Source: the human T2T-CHM13v2.0 reference genome, Homo sapiens | Direction of reading: 5' to 3' | Assembly (NCBI GenBank): GCA_009914755.4 | Contig: CP068257.2 | Span: 23,392,001 to 23,456,000, forward strand | Length of the DNA: 64,000 bases | In this document: positions 33,034 through 44,407 of the stretch, piece by piece | Layout of the letters: each line of letters starts with the position of its first letter | How positions within the stretch are numbered: position 1 is the stretch's first letter | Position numbers and translations under genes: made by a program | The notes under the pieces: model-generated | What the model saw: the letters and a program-made list of their open reading frames with translations, nothing else | Told to the model about the DNA's origin: nothing | The model's database searches: none

Positions 33034-35361
33034 ATGGCAGGGTGGACGGTTTGGAGTCATACAGTATAGAGGACAAAACTTGAAGCCAGACAACTCGAGT
33101 TTAAGTCCCAGATCTGGCTCTTTTATCTTTGGCACCTAAAGCAAATAAATTCACCTTTTTGTGCCTTAAACCTCTCATAAGTAAAATGTTAGTACTTAAC
33201 GATGTTGTATTCAATTAGTTGATGCATATGTAAAGTTATTTAGAACTGTATCTGCCGCCATGTAGAATTAACACTATGTAAATGCTACCTGTTATTTGTC
33301 TTGTGAATTTTGTCATAGTTTTAATTTTTTTCTACAATTTAATTTTTCCTGTACATTTTTTTCATGTTTAGTTTTCCATAAGATAACATGATATGTGAAA
33401 TTACCAAATATTCCATTCTATGGCTTAATATATTTCATTTATTCATCCATTCACTCATTCTAATCTAAGTTTCCCAGCAGCAGCTTAGAATCACTCAATT
33501 GTAAATAATCCCATATGAAGTGGAAATAAAAGCACAATATTCACACCAGTTCAAATACCTGACTGAATATGTCCATCATTCTCTCTGAAGACTGCACCAA
33601 AAGATGTACTGTTTCTCTCCAACATCGTACTCAAATCCTTAATCATGTAACTAAAACCTCTTCCTGAGAATCTATATATTAGAATGATTGTAAAAGTGGC
33701 ATTATCTCTTTCTCACTGAGAATATGCTTCTCAGAAGAGGAAAATTGGCTCCAAATAGAGCTTATATTTTACTTCCCTCTTTTATAACCCTTAGATGTTT
33801 CAAGGGGACTATGTAACAGAGTCAGTCACTTCTCTACTACCAAGACTAATGATTAAAGTATAAATTGCATGAAGTTCACAAGTCATCAGAGACTATTATA
33901 TATGACAGAGATTGATACTATATCTTTCACTGGTTGGCCTATAGCACAGGAATAAAATGTACATATTTCACAGATTGATACTTTAGCAAAATCATAGTAA
34001 AATGGTTTACATTACTTCTAAGACAATTCTAAGAATATTTGCATATACTGTGTACCTGTGTGTGGACCGTATGTCTATATATTGCATATATGAGCACTAC
34101 TTAATTTTCTTGCTGTCAGAAAAATAAATAAATAAATTTCCCTTATCAGAACGTCCCATTCCTCATCACCTTTCCAGTTTGCCTTGTCCTGTGCAATTAA
34201 CTATTGAATATTGCATACAATGATAAATGATTTATTCAAGGCCTGTCTCTCCCCAAATTTAAATGCAGCAATACCCAATAGTGGTAAAATAAATGCCAAG
34301 CCTTTTTACTGTTACCAAAAAGTTTCTGGCTATGTTTGAGTTTTATTTCTTCTTTTTAAAAAATTTTATTCTAACAAAATGCATAGGATTTTAAATGTTC
34401 AGTTCAGTGTATTTGACAATTATATATGACTATGACCTGTGTAATGATCAAATAAAAGAAGATTTAGCACATTTCTGTCACCACAGAAAGTTCTTTTTTG
34501 TCTCTTTCCAGACAATTTTCCCTCCAAAGGCAGCCGCTTTCTGACTTCTGTAACCGTCTGTCAGTTCATCCCTTTGATTGCCTGGCATCATTTGCTCCGT
34601 GTAGTGTCTGCAAGATTCCTCCATTCTGCTGTGTATTTCAGTGATGGATTCCCTTATTGCTGGGTAGTGCTTATTATGTGGGTTTACCACAATGTGTTTT
34701 TCTCTTCTCCTGTTGATAGGCATTTGGTTTGTTTCCAGATTTAGTCTATTACGTTTTAGAGTTATTGATTATAGATTACTGTTCCATAGTGACATATGCA
34801 TGTGTGCGTTCATGTGTGCGTGTTTATATGTGTGTATCAAACATTGTAAACTAATTGTAAATGACCAATTCATTTCCCTCATGAGGAGAAATTATAAATT
34901 TTCATCTTACCTAGTTGACCATTTGTTTTCCATCATAATTACTTCTTTTTGTATCCTGTCTGAAAAATGATCTTCCTATCGCCCGGTCACAGGGGAATAG
35001 TTTCTATATTTTCTTTTACAAAACATGGCTCTAGAATTTATGCTTAAATCTATGATGAAGCTTGGAAAAAATTTATTTATAGAATTAGCTAGGGGTTGAC
35101 AAAATATTTTAATATGAATATCCACTTAATTTAGTATCATTTGTCTTGACATCTATGCAAATATTTTAATAATATTTACACAAGCTGACTTTTGAACTCT
35201 ATACCCCTTAGTTAAATAGATTAGTTTAGAAAATAAGTTTATGTGTCTTAAAAGCACATCATGTCACATTCATCTTTGGACAATATTTACTTAATACTTA
35301 CTTAAAGGTATATTGTATAATATGATAGTTGTTATGGACTGAATTATGTGTCTTCAAAATT

Positions 35362-35722
35362 CACATGTTGAATCCCTAACTCAAAGAGCCTCAGGATGAC
35401 TGTATTTGAAAATAGGACATTTAAAGAGGTACTTAAGTTAAATGAGTCTGTTAGGGTGGGCATAATCCTTAATCCAATCTGACTGTTGTCCTTATATCAG
35501 GAGATTAGGATACACAAAAAGAGACACGAGCAATATGCGTGTGCTCAAAGGGGTGACCACGTGAAGAGGAAGCAAGAAAGGGCCATGGACAACCCAAAGA
35601 AAGAGGCCTCAGAGGAGTACAGTCCTGCCACCTTGATCTCAGACTTCCAGCCTCCAGAACTATGAGAAATACATTTCTGTTGTTAAAGCCATCCTGCGTA
35701 TTCTATTTTGTTATGGCATCTC
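35362..35722 (+). mobile_element. ERVL-MaLR LTR, MLT1-like, sense orientation, copy 1 of a head-to-tail pair
   Basis: tgttgaatccctaactcaaagagcctcaggatgactgtatttgaaaataggacatttaaagaggtacttaagttaaatgagtctgttagggtgggcataatccttaatccaatctgactg...ccaccttgatctcagacttccagcctccagaactatgagaaatacatttctgttgttaaagccatcctgcgtattctattttgttatggc follows the MLT1 LTR layout (...gtgattaaggttaag...gggtgggccc aatgtaatcac...ccttgattttg.acttctgacctccagaactgtaagataataaatttgtgttgttttaagccac...tttgttacagc). Confidence 0.65.
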
Positions 35723-35724
35723 TG

Positions 35725-36050
35725 TTCCCCCACCCCCAAAATTCCTGTGTTGAATCCTTAACCACCCCTGTGACTAGATTTAGAGATAGGGTCTTTAAGG
35801 CAGTCATTAAGGTTAAATGAGGCCATAATGGGGCAGACCTAATCCAATATGACTGATGATACTGGTCACAGAGAAAGGCCCTGTGAGGACACTCTCTGCA
35901 AGCCAAGGAGAGAGAACTCAGGAGAAACCAAATTTGCTCACCCCTTGATCTTGGACTTCCAGGCACTAGAATGGTGAGAAATAAATTTCTGTTGTTTAAG
36001 TGACCCAGTCTGTGATATTTTGTTATGGCAGTCCTAGGACAGTAATGCAG
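35725..36050 (+). mobile_element. ERVL-MaLR LTR, MLT1-like, sense orientation, copy 2 of the head-to-tail pair
   Basis: ccaaaattcctgtgttgaatccttaaccacccctgtgactagatttagagatagggtctttaaggcagtcattaaggttaaatgaggccataatggggcagacctaatccaatatgactg...ccccttgatcttggacttccaggcactagaatggtgagaaataaatttctgttgtttaagtgacccagtctgtgatattttgttatggcagtcc. Confidence 0.65.
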
Positions 36051-37330
36051 CAGCCCTGGCAAACTAATACAGAGTGCTAGCTAGAAGCAAATATTCTAGA
36101 TATAGGGAACATGCGGCCTGAGAACAGCTTCTGGGAAAATCTGATTTCTTAGATTCAGGTTCTGATTTCAGTCTTTTTTGATCCCCACACCATCGTCTCT
36201 AAGACTGGCTGGGATGCCTAAACTGCTTTTCTCATTGTAAAAAGCAATGGTCACTAACCTGTCACATTCTACTTCTGCCCACCTATTTCTGTCCTCCTCT
36301 TGGCCTCTGTCTCACCCAAAACAAACAATTAAACCCAGATACTCTGAAAATTTGTCTCTAGAAGTTCAGTTTTCACAAGAATATTCTCCATCAAATTCCT
36401 GACTATTGGTTAACCTACGCCAAAAAAAAAAAAAAAAATTAGAAGAGGTGAGAGAATCTCTATTGATATTTCCTCCCATTTTTGTTCTTTATCCATGAAG
36501 AATGAAGGAATAAGGAGATAACAGAATTTCTGACAACTTCAGCCTCTTGGTTCCACAAAGAAAAATAAAAGTAACTCTTTCCTGCCTCAGCCTTCCTGGT
36601 GTGGGAGATGCTAATGACAGTGCGGTGGAAAAAACAAGAGCAGCAAAAGCAATGTCAGTGTGAATTCTGTTCTTGTCAAGTGAAATAATAATAATTACCA
36701 TTTTCCTGATCATTATAAATGTCTAGTGAAAAAAACAACTAGAATAACCCAAGATTTTTCCCCTGATGGGTTCATTATGCTCAGTGGTTTAATATATGTC
36801 ATTTTTTTAAAAAGCCTAAAGTTAAAGATTTAATTTAAATCTTAACTAGCAAATAATATGTATAGATATAATTGCATATGTATATAATATATACATAAAT
36901 ACATATGTATAATATAATATATACATAAAACACCATATTTGGGGAAAATAGAGTATGCCAAGATATCTTAAGACAGTCTGCATACAAAGGTGGTCTTGAA
37001 AAACTAATTTTGAATGCAAAGAATATAAACAAAGAGATATAAATGTCAACTTCGTTAGGTATCAATATTTAAATTAACAGTTATTAAAAATGTAGAAGTA
37101 CTATAAAATTAAGTTTATTACCTAATTTAATATTTATCACTAAATAGTTGTTTTACTTGAGGCAGGTCTGTACTAGTCAGACTTTTAGCCATATCAGCTT
37201 ATGAAAAACAATTAGTGCATTTTAGTAGCCTCCCTTTTTTTAATCTGTCTAGTAAGTTTTTTAACTATAAATTTCTGTACCAAAGAAATACTACATAGCA
37301 GTTATGTTATATTCTGAAATTATGATTTTG

Positions 37331-37335
<5 letters not shown>

Positions 37336-37362
<27 letters not shown>

Positions 37363-37644
37363 TGAGATGGAGTCTTGCTTCTTCACCCAGGCTGGAGTGC
37401 AGTAGCGTGATCTTGGCTCACCACAACCTCCGTCTCCTGGGTTCAAGCAATTCTCCTGCCTCAGCCTCCCCAGTAGCTGGGATTACAGGCACCACCACCT
37501 ATGCCTGGCTAATTTTTGAATTTTTAGTAGAGATGGGGTTTCACCATGTTGGCCAGGCTGGTCTTGAACTCCTGACCTCAAGTGATCCGCCTGCCTTGGC
37601 CTCCCAAAGTGCTCGATTACAGGCTTGAGCCATCACGCTCAGCC
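37336..37644 (-). mobile_element. Alu element, antisense, with about 14-bp TSD
   Basis: A T30 tract then gagatggagtcttgcttcttcacccaggctggagtgcagtagcgtgatcttggctcaccacaacctccgtctcctgggttcaagcaattctcctgcctcagcctccccagtagctgggattacaggc...cttgagccatcacgctcagcc. TSD tatgattttgtttt at 37321-37334 and 37645-37658. Confidence 0.93.
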
Positions 37645-38134
37645 TATGATTTTGTTTTCAATGAAAATTAAACACACCAGTTTACTGAAGATAAAAGTTT
37701 TCAGTCATATAACATTTATGAAATGAGCTTGAATTGTACATCCTGTTTAGGTGAGTCCAAAACTTTTTTGTTTCGTGTACTCGTGTCAATTGGGAGGGAT
37801 AAAGAGGTAGCATATGCTATGACTTTTTGGTCTGTTGTATGCATGTAATATTTCCATGATTTTCCAAGATTTCTATGTTTATTCCTTATTTTGCCCTGGG
37901 GTGTTTTTCTGTAGTAAATCTCTATTTTAAAATGTATTTGAATGCAAAATAACCTTGAGTCCCCAAAAGGCTGAAAAATTTGCAAGCAACATGTCACAGA
38001 AAGAAGAAAAATAAGAATGAATACATTAAACTTCATTACATTTCTATTCTTTTCTTTTTCTTTCAATTTTTTTTTTCACCTCAGCAGTGCAGAGAGGTAC
38101 ATTTCATTTTAAGTATAAACTTTATTTCTTTGAT

Positions 38135-40008
38135 GTCTTAGCCCACTCAGGCTGCTATAACAAAATACCTTAGACTGGGTAATGTATAAACAGCAAATAT
38201 TTATTGTTCATAGATCTGGAAGCTAGGAAGTCCAAGATTGAGGTACCAGCAGATTAAATGTCTGATGAGGATTCATTCCTCATAGATGTCACTTTTTATG
38301 TCTTCACATGATAGAAGGGTGAATAAGCTCCCTCAGACACTAATCACCTCCCCTAAGGCCTGCTTCACACCACCACATGAGGTATTAGGTTTCAACATAT
38401 GAATCTGGGGACCCCCATGGCTGCTCTCAAGGGTTGGAGTTGAGCTCCTGTGGATTTTCTAGGCTCAGGATGCAAGCTGCCCATGGCTCTCCCATTTTCA
38501 GGTCTGGAGGGCAGCAGCCCCACTCCCATAGCTCCATTAGGCGGTACCCCAGTGGGGACTCCATGTGAGTGTTCCAACCCCACATTTCTCCACAGCACTA
38601 CCCTAGTGGAGGTTCTTTGCAAGGGCTCTGCCCCTGTGGCTTGGCACCCAGGCCTTCTCATACATCCTCTGAAATCTAGGTGGAAGCTGCCAAGCCTCCT
38701 TTATTCTTGCATTCTGTGTGCCTGAAGGCTTAACATCATGTGGAAGTCACCAAGGTTTATAGCTTGCACCCTCTGGAGCCATGGCCTGAGTTGTACTGGA
38801 ACCCTTCGGGCCATGGCTGGAGTTAAAGCTAAAGTAGCCAGGATATGGGAAGCAGTATCCTGAGGGTGCATAGAGTAGTGAGCCCTGAGCCTGGCTCTGG
38901 AAATCATTTTTTCCTACTGAGCCTCTGGGCTTGTGATAAGAGGGACTTACTCAAAGATCCCTGAAATGCCTTCAAGGCCTTTTTCTCATTGTCTTGCATA
39001 TTAGCACTTGGCTCTCAGTTAGTCAGGCAAATCTCTCCAGCAAGTGGTTGCTCCTAAGCCCACTTGTATTCCTCTCCTAAAAAAAGCTTTTTCTTCCTCT
39101 GCTACATAGCTAACCTGCAAATTTTCCAAACTTTTACACTCTGCTTTCCTTTTAAATATAAATTCCAACATTAAGTCATTCCTTTGCTCCTGTATCTGAT
39201 CATAGGCTGTTAGAATCAGCTAGACCATGTCTTGAATGTTTTGCTGCTTAGAAAGTTCTTCCATAAGGTACCCTGGGTCATCACTTTTAAGTTCTACCTT
39301 CCACAAAGCTGTAAGGAATGAACACTATTAAGCTAAGTTCTTAGCTAGGGAGTAACAGGGGTGACCTTTACTCCAGTTCTCAATAAGTTCGTTATTTCTG
39401 TCTGAGATCTCATCAGCCTGGCCTTCACTGTCCATATCTCTATCAGCATTTTGGTCCCAACTATTTAACCAGTCTCTAAGAAGTTAAAAACTTTCCCTCA
39501 TCTTCCTGTCTTCTTCTGAGCCCTCCAAGCTCTTCCAGCTTCTGCATATTACACAGTTCCAAAGCTGATTCCACATTTTCAGATATCTTTTTAGCAACTT
39601 GGTGCCAATTTTCTATGTTGGTCTGCAAGTATTGCTCTAAAGGATTACCTGAGGCTGGATAATTTATTAAAAAAAAAGTTTATTTTGGCTTACTATTCTT
39701 CAGGCTGTACAAGAAGCATAGTGTAAGCATCTACTCCTAGTGATGCCTCAGGAAGCTTACAATCATGGCAGAAGGCAACAGAGAGCCAGTGCATTATATA
39801 GTAAGAGGAAGCAAGGGTGGGAGGAGGTGCCATGGTCTTTTAAACAACCAGATCTCTTGTGAACTAAGCAATAACTTGCTTATGACTTAGCACTAGGGGA
39901 TGATGCAGGGGATGATAAGTCATTCGTAAGGTATCTGCCCCCATGATCAAATACCTCCCACCAGCCTCTACCTCCAACACTGAAGGTCACATTTCAGCAT
40001 CATATTTT
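38135..40008 (-). mobile_element. ERVL-MaLR composite, antisense: THE1/MST-type LTR (39640-40008), about 1.2 kb of MaLR internal-like sequence (38410-39640), and an MLT1-type LTR (38135-38410)
   Basis: Right end: gctggataatttattaaaaaaaaagtttattttggcttactattcttcaggctgtacaagaagcatagtg...cctcaggaagcttacaatcatggcagaaggcaacag...cttttaaacaaccagatctcttgtgaac...cccccatgatcaaatacctcccaccagcctctacctccaacactgaaggtcacatttcagcatcata is the reverse complement of the THE1/MST LTR. Left end: gctgctataacaaaataccttagactgggtaatgtataaacagcaaatatttattgttcatagatctggaagctaggaagtccaagattgaggtaccagcag...ctaatcacctcccctaaggcc...ggtttcaacatatgaatctgggga is the MLT1-type reverse complement. The middle (ggagttaaagctaaagtagccaggatatgggaagcagtatcctgagggtgcatagagtagtgagccctgagcctggctctgg...gtgacctttactccagttctcaataagttc...ccaactatttaaccagtctctaagaagttaaaaactttccctcatcttcctgtcttcttctgagccctccaagctcttccagc) resembles THE1/MST internal sequence read in antisense. 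Confidence 0.65.
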
Positions 40009-41147
40009 AAGGAAACAAACATCCAAACTATATCAAATAACCATAATATTTATTATTTGAAAAATTCTTATAGATAAATTTGAGTATTCAAATCTGATTA
40101 TGTAAATAAATTAAAGGAAAAATACAATTCCAGATGGTGTTTAAACTCAACCTTTTGATTAAAAAGGAACAAAAAGCAAGTACCAATTATTTTTGCTACA
40201 TCTAAGACAAAAAGTCTTCTTAAACATTAAGAAATTTTTGTTTAATCATTTCTTTTAAAACTGGAAGAGGAAGATGATAATCATCTATTGGCTTTAATAA
40301 ATGTTTTAAGTGTGATGTTTTGCAAGCTTGTGATGACAGGCAGAGTGAGGTGGTCTAATTTGAAGGTGATTACTTCCAACTGACTCAGCTTGAGGTCTTG
40401 TTTATCTTATCAACAAAAGATTTTTTCTGGTTGTTTGATTTAACATCTTTATAATGACAAATATCTGATGCATAGATTGGCCACCTACCTATATACCTAT
40501 TTTATATGCATTTGTTTGCTGAGGTTTAATATGCAAGTATTAGGATAAAATAAGAAAATAAAAATATGTCAAAGAAAGTAAGGAAGATATATCAACTTAT
40601 GCCTAATTAGTTACATTGATTGATGATTAAATTTAGTTCTTGGCATTCTGGCAAGATAACAAAGGAAACATGATCCATTATCTAATTGTCATCATCTGAT
40701 GAAAAGCAGTCTACTAATTCTTCAAGTAAGATAATTTTTTTTCCTGGTACAAAGTCATCTAGCCAATGTATTAATATAATGGACAATGTATTATTAAGTA
40801 GAATGTTGGAGTCATATAATGATGGTTTATGGACGGAATATATCAACACAAAATTGATGTCACATCAAAGTGGGTTTGTTGCTAATTACTTGCCATTATG
40901 AGATAAAAGTACAGGCCTTTGATTTAAGAAAACTCATTTTGCAAATGGATATTTAAATAAAAGTAAATACATTCACTGTTAGAAATAAAACTGAAGATTT
41001 AATGTATTAAGTGACTGTCTTCAAGCAGTCAATCAATAATGTTTATGATACCTACACTTTCATGATTTTTTTTATTTTCTGGGACAATCTGCAATTTGTA
41101 ATCTGCTCAACTTTTCATGATGATATGAAATTCAGTTTAAATTCATG

Positions 41148-42528
41148 AAAAGCAGTATGGTGCTGGTACAAAAGCAGACACATATACCAATGGAACAGGA
41201 TAAAGTGCCAAGAAATAAAGCCACACACCTACAACTACCTGATGATAAACAAAGTCACCAATAATAAGCAATGGTGAAAGGACTCCCTAAATAGGGATGG
41301 GATAACTGGTTAGCCATATGCAGAAGATTGGAACTGGACCCTTTCCTTTCACCATATTACAAACATTAACTACAGATGAATTAAAGACTTAAATGGGAGA
41401 TCTAAAATTACAAAAACCCTAGAAGAAAAGCTATGAAGTACCATTCTGGACATCAGCCTTGGCAAAGAATTTATGACTAATCCCCAAAAGTAATTGCAAC
41501 TAAAACAAAAATTGACAAGTGGGACCTAATTAAACTAAAGAGCTTCTGCACGGTAAAATAAACTATCAACAGAGTAAACAGCCAACCTACAGCATGGGGA
41601 AAAAAATATTCACAAACTATGCATCAGAAAAAGTTCTAATATCTAGAATCTATAAGGAACTTAAGTAATTCAACAAGCAAAAGAGCAAATAACCCCATTA
41701 AAAATGGGCAAAGGACATAAACAGATATTTCTCAAAAGAAGACATACATGCAGCCAACAAATATATGAAAATATGCTCATCCTCACTAATAATTAGAGAA
41801 AGGCAATTAGAGAAAGGCACCACAGTGTGATACAATCTCACACCAGTCAGAATGGCTATTATTAAAAAGACAAAAAACAACAAATGGGTTGTGGAGAAAA
41901 GGAATCACTTATATACTGCTGGTGGGAGTGTAAATCAGCTCAGCCATTGTGGGAAGAAATTTGGAGATTTCTTAAAGAACTGAAAACAGAACTGCCATTC
42001 AGCCCAGCAATCTCACCACTGGGTATATACCCAAAGGAAATTAAATTGTTCTACCAAAAAGACATGCAGTTCTGTGTTCACTGCAGCACTATTCACAATA
42101 GCAAAGACAGAGAATCAACCTAGAGGCCCATCAACATCTGACTGGATAAAGAAAATGTGGTCCATTAAATACTACACTAAAAAGGAAGGAAATCATGTCT
42201 TTTGCAGCAATGTGGATGCAGCTGAAAGCCATTGTCCTAAGCAAACTAACACAGGAACAGACAACCAAATACCACATGTTATCACCTATAAGTAGTAATT
42301 AAACATTGAATACACGTGGACACAAAGATGGGCAGTAGACACTGGGGACTGCTTGAAGGGGGAGACTGGGAGGTGGGGATACATTGAAAAGCTACCAACA
42401 ATTAGCTATGGTCACTACCTGGGTGAAGGGGTCATTCATACACCAAACCTCAGCAACACATGATTTACTCATGTAACAAGCTTTCACGTGTAACCTCTGA
42501 ACCTAAAATAGAAGTTGAAAGAAAAAAA
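41148..42528 (+). mobile_element. LINE-1 3' portion (older L1PB/L1MA-like): ORF2 C-terminal region plus 3' UTR
   Basis: ggtgctggtacaaaagcagacacatataccaatggaacaggataaag (WYWxxxRxIDQWNRIE), aacagccaacctacagcatggggaaaaaaatattcacaaactatgcatcagaaaaag (RQPTEWEKIFANYASDKG), ctgctggtgggagtgtaaatcagctcagccattgtgggaagaaatttggagatttc ([19 protein letters not shown]), ttcacaatagcaaagacagagaatcaacctagaggcccatcaacatctgactggataaagaaaatgtgg (FTIAKTWNQPKCPSTDEWIKKMW). The 3' UTR ends ...aacctctgaacctaaaatagaagttgaaag. Confidence 0.88.
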
Positions 42529-42797
42529 GTCATTCATGAATGAATACCTCCATTTACCAGCTACTTTGCTAGGGTCTGAGAATTTAAGAGTCTGGGCACT
42601 ATTCATCTTTCTCAGTTACAGAGCTAGCGTTGGGTTGCCCTCTGTTCTAAGACTCCCACTGCAGTGAATCTGTTGCTTCCAAAACCAAAGTTTCAGTACT
42701 AAACTCACTGTGGCAGCACCCTGAGTGGACATTTTAATGTGTCTTTTGTTTTGCAAAAATGTGTGGACACCTTCTAAGAGACGATGCTGCAATGTAT

Positions 42798-43130
42798 GTG
42801 TCTCAGTCCATCCAGAATGCTTTAACAAAATACCATAAACAGGGTGGATTACGAACAACAGAAATTTATTTCTCAGTTCTGGAGACTTGGAAATCCAAGA
42901 TCAAGGTGCCAGCAGATTCAGTGTCTGGTGAGGTTCTGCTTACTGATTGACAGCACCTTGACAGCTTGCCCTCATACAGTGAGAAAGCGCAGGGGATCTC
43001 CCTGAGGTCTTTTTATAAGGTCAGTAATCCCATTCAAGAAAGCTCTGCTTCCATGACCTAAACACCTCCCAAAGATCCTTCCTCCTAATACCCTTACCTT
43101 GAAGTTAGAATTTAAATGTGCACATTTTGT
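42798..43130 (-). mobile_element. ERVL-MaLR solo LTR, MLT1-like, antisense
   Basis: gtgtctcagtccatccagaatgctttaacaaaataccataaacagggtggattacgaacaacagaaatttatttctcagttctggagacttggaaatccaagatcaaggtgccagcagattcagtgtctggtgagg...gtcagtaatcccattcaagaaagctctgcttccatgacctaaacacctcccaaagatcc. Confidence 0.75.
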
Positions 43131-44357
43131 AAAGGATATAAGTATTCAGTCTGTAGCAGTATGTTTCCAGTTCTATTAATTTTATTTACAAGTAGGAAAT
43201 ATACTCATGAATATGCCAATTGACATTTCAAATGTGCCATTTACTACAGACTTCGCATAGCTCTCCTCTTTCCTGAATGATTAAATATATATAAAATCTA
43301 TCAGAATGAACATTCTAAACTCAAAGCACACTTTCATAAGTATTTTCCTAGTATTCAGGTGCACAGCCAGATATATCTGTCAATTTTCTCTCTCAAGAAT
43401 TACTTGGTCTAAACTGGTTGTCTCAGTGTATCAGTATCAGTCATTCTTAATCCTCCAAAGATAACATTCAGAGGAATGAAATAAAAACAGAGTCTCTAAT
43501 CCCTCTTTCTTTTGTATCACTCTTTATGCAAGTAAGAAGATCAGCTTTGATAGTGGATTACTGGAGGCCACATGTTCTCATTGGAACATCACAGATTGGA
43601 TTTAGCACAAAAATACATTTTTTCTGATGTGTAAACAACACCAGCTGAATCCATATTTCTCATGAATGTCCTGCCACACGGCTGTGTTTTTTTCTCATCA
43701 TGCAGCCAGTTTTATTATAACTCCCTTTTGGCACAGCTTCCAAAGACTTGCATCTGTCACTTGCAGCAGAGCATCATGAAGGTTCACCACTATCTTGGAC
43801 CACTGGAATTTAGTTGTATTGTTGCATTTCCTGACTTAGATGCCGATAAAATATCTTTAAGTCCCTTTAAGCTAGTTGGCTGCAACTTACTTAGAGGCAC
43901 TGCTATCAGCTCTCTTTTTGAGAGCTTACTCTGAGCCTTAAATTGGCAGCTTGAACACATGAGTTTGTTGGAGGTAATGACTTTGTTCTCTGGGGTTGGA
44001 TTTTGACAGCTTTCCACCATTATAGCTGGGTGTAAACAAAATTGAATGGGTTAGGATTACCCATTTCTCAAATTTAAAGTATTTTTGGTGATCCAAGGAA
44101 GAGTTGCCTCTCAAAGATTATCTGACTGAAGTCAAGAAAATTTCACCTAGTATTATCATTTTAATATGATAATGTGAACTCAAATTCAAACTTAGCCCGA
44201 TGTTTGCTGTACAAGGCCATCTAACTGGATGGATATCTTTGAGAGAGAGGCTTCCCATCATTCAGTTGAATTTAATTAAAAGATTAAGTAAATATGCATT
44301 ATCCTTATCCACCTACTTACTCATTAATACAAAAACATATGAAGCATGTGGATAGAC

Positions 44358-44407
44358 AGTGAGTCAATCATGAGCCCTAAAAGTTGAGGGCTCATGATTG
44401 ACTCACT
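44358..44407. repeat. Perfect 21-bp inverted repeat (potential hairpin/cruciform) with 8-nt spacer
   Basis: agtgagtcaatcatgagccct (44358-44378), spacer aaaagttg, agggctcatgattgactcact (44387-44407). The right arm is the exact reverse complement of the left. Flanks gatagac ... gtctgtc extend the pairing imperfectly. Confidence 0.95.

Noticed and set aside
36422-36438. A17 tract preceded by moderately GC-balanced sequence, a possible processed-pseudogene or retroposed-SINE tail
   Set aside because: I could not recognise any upstream mRNA-like or SINE body, and I found no TSD. A single homopolymer run is insufficient evidence.
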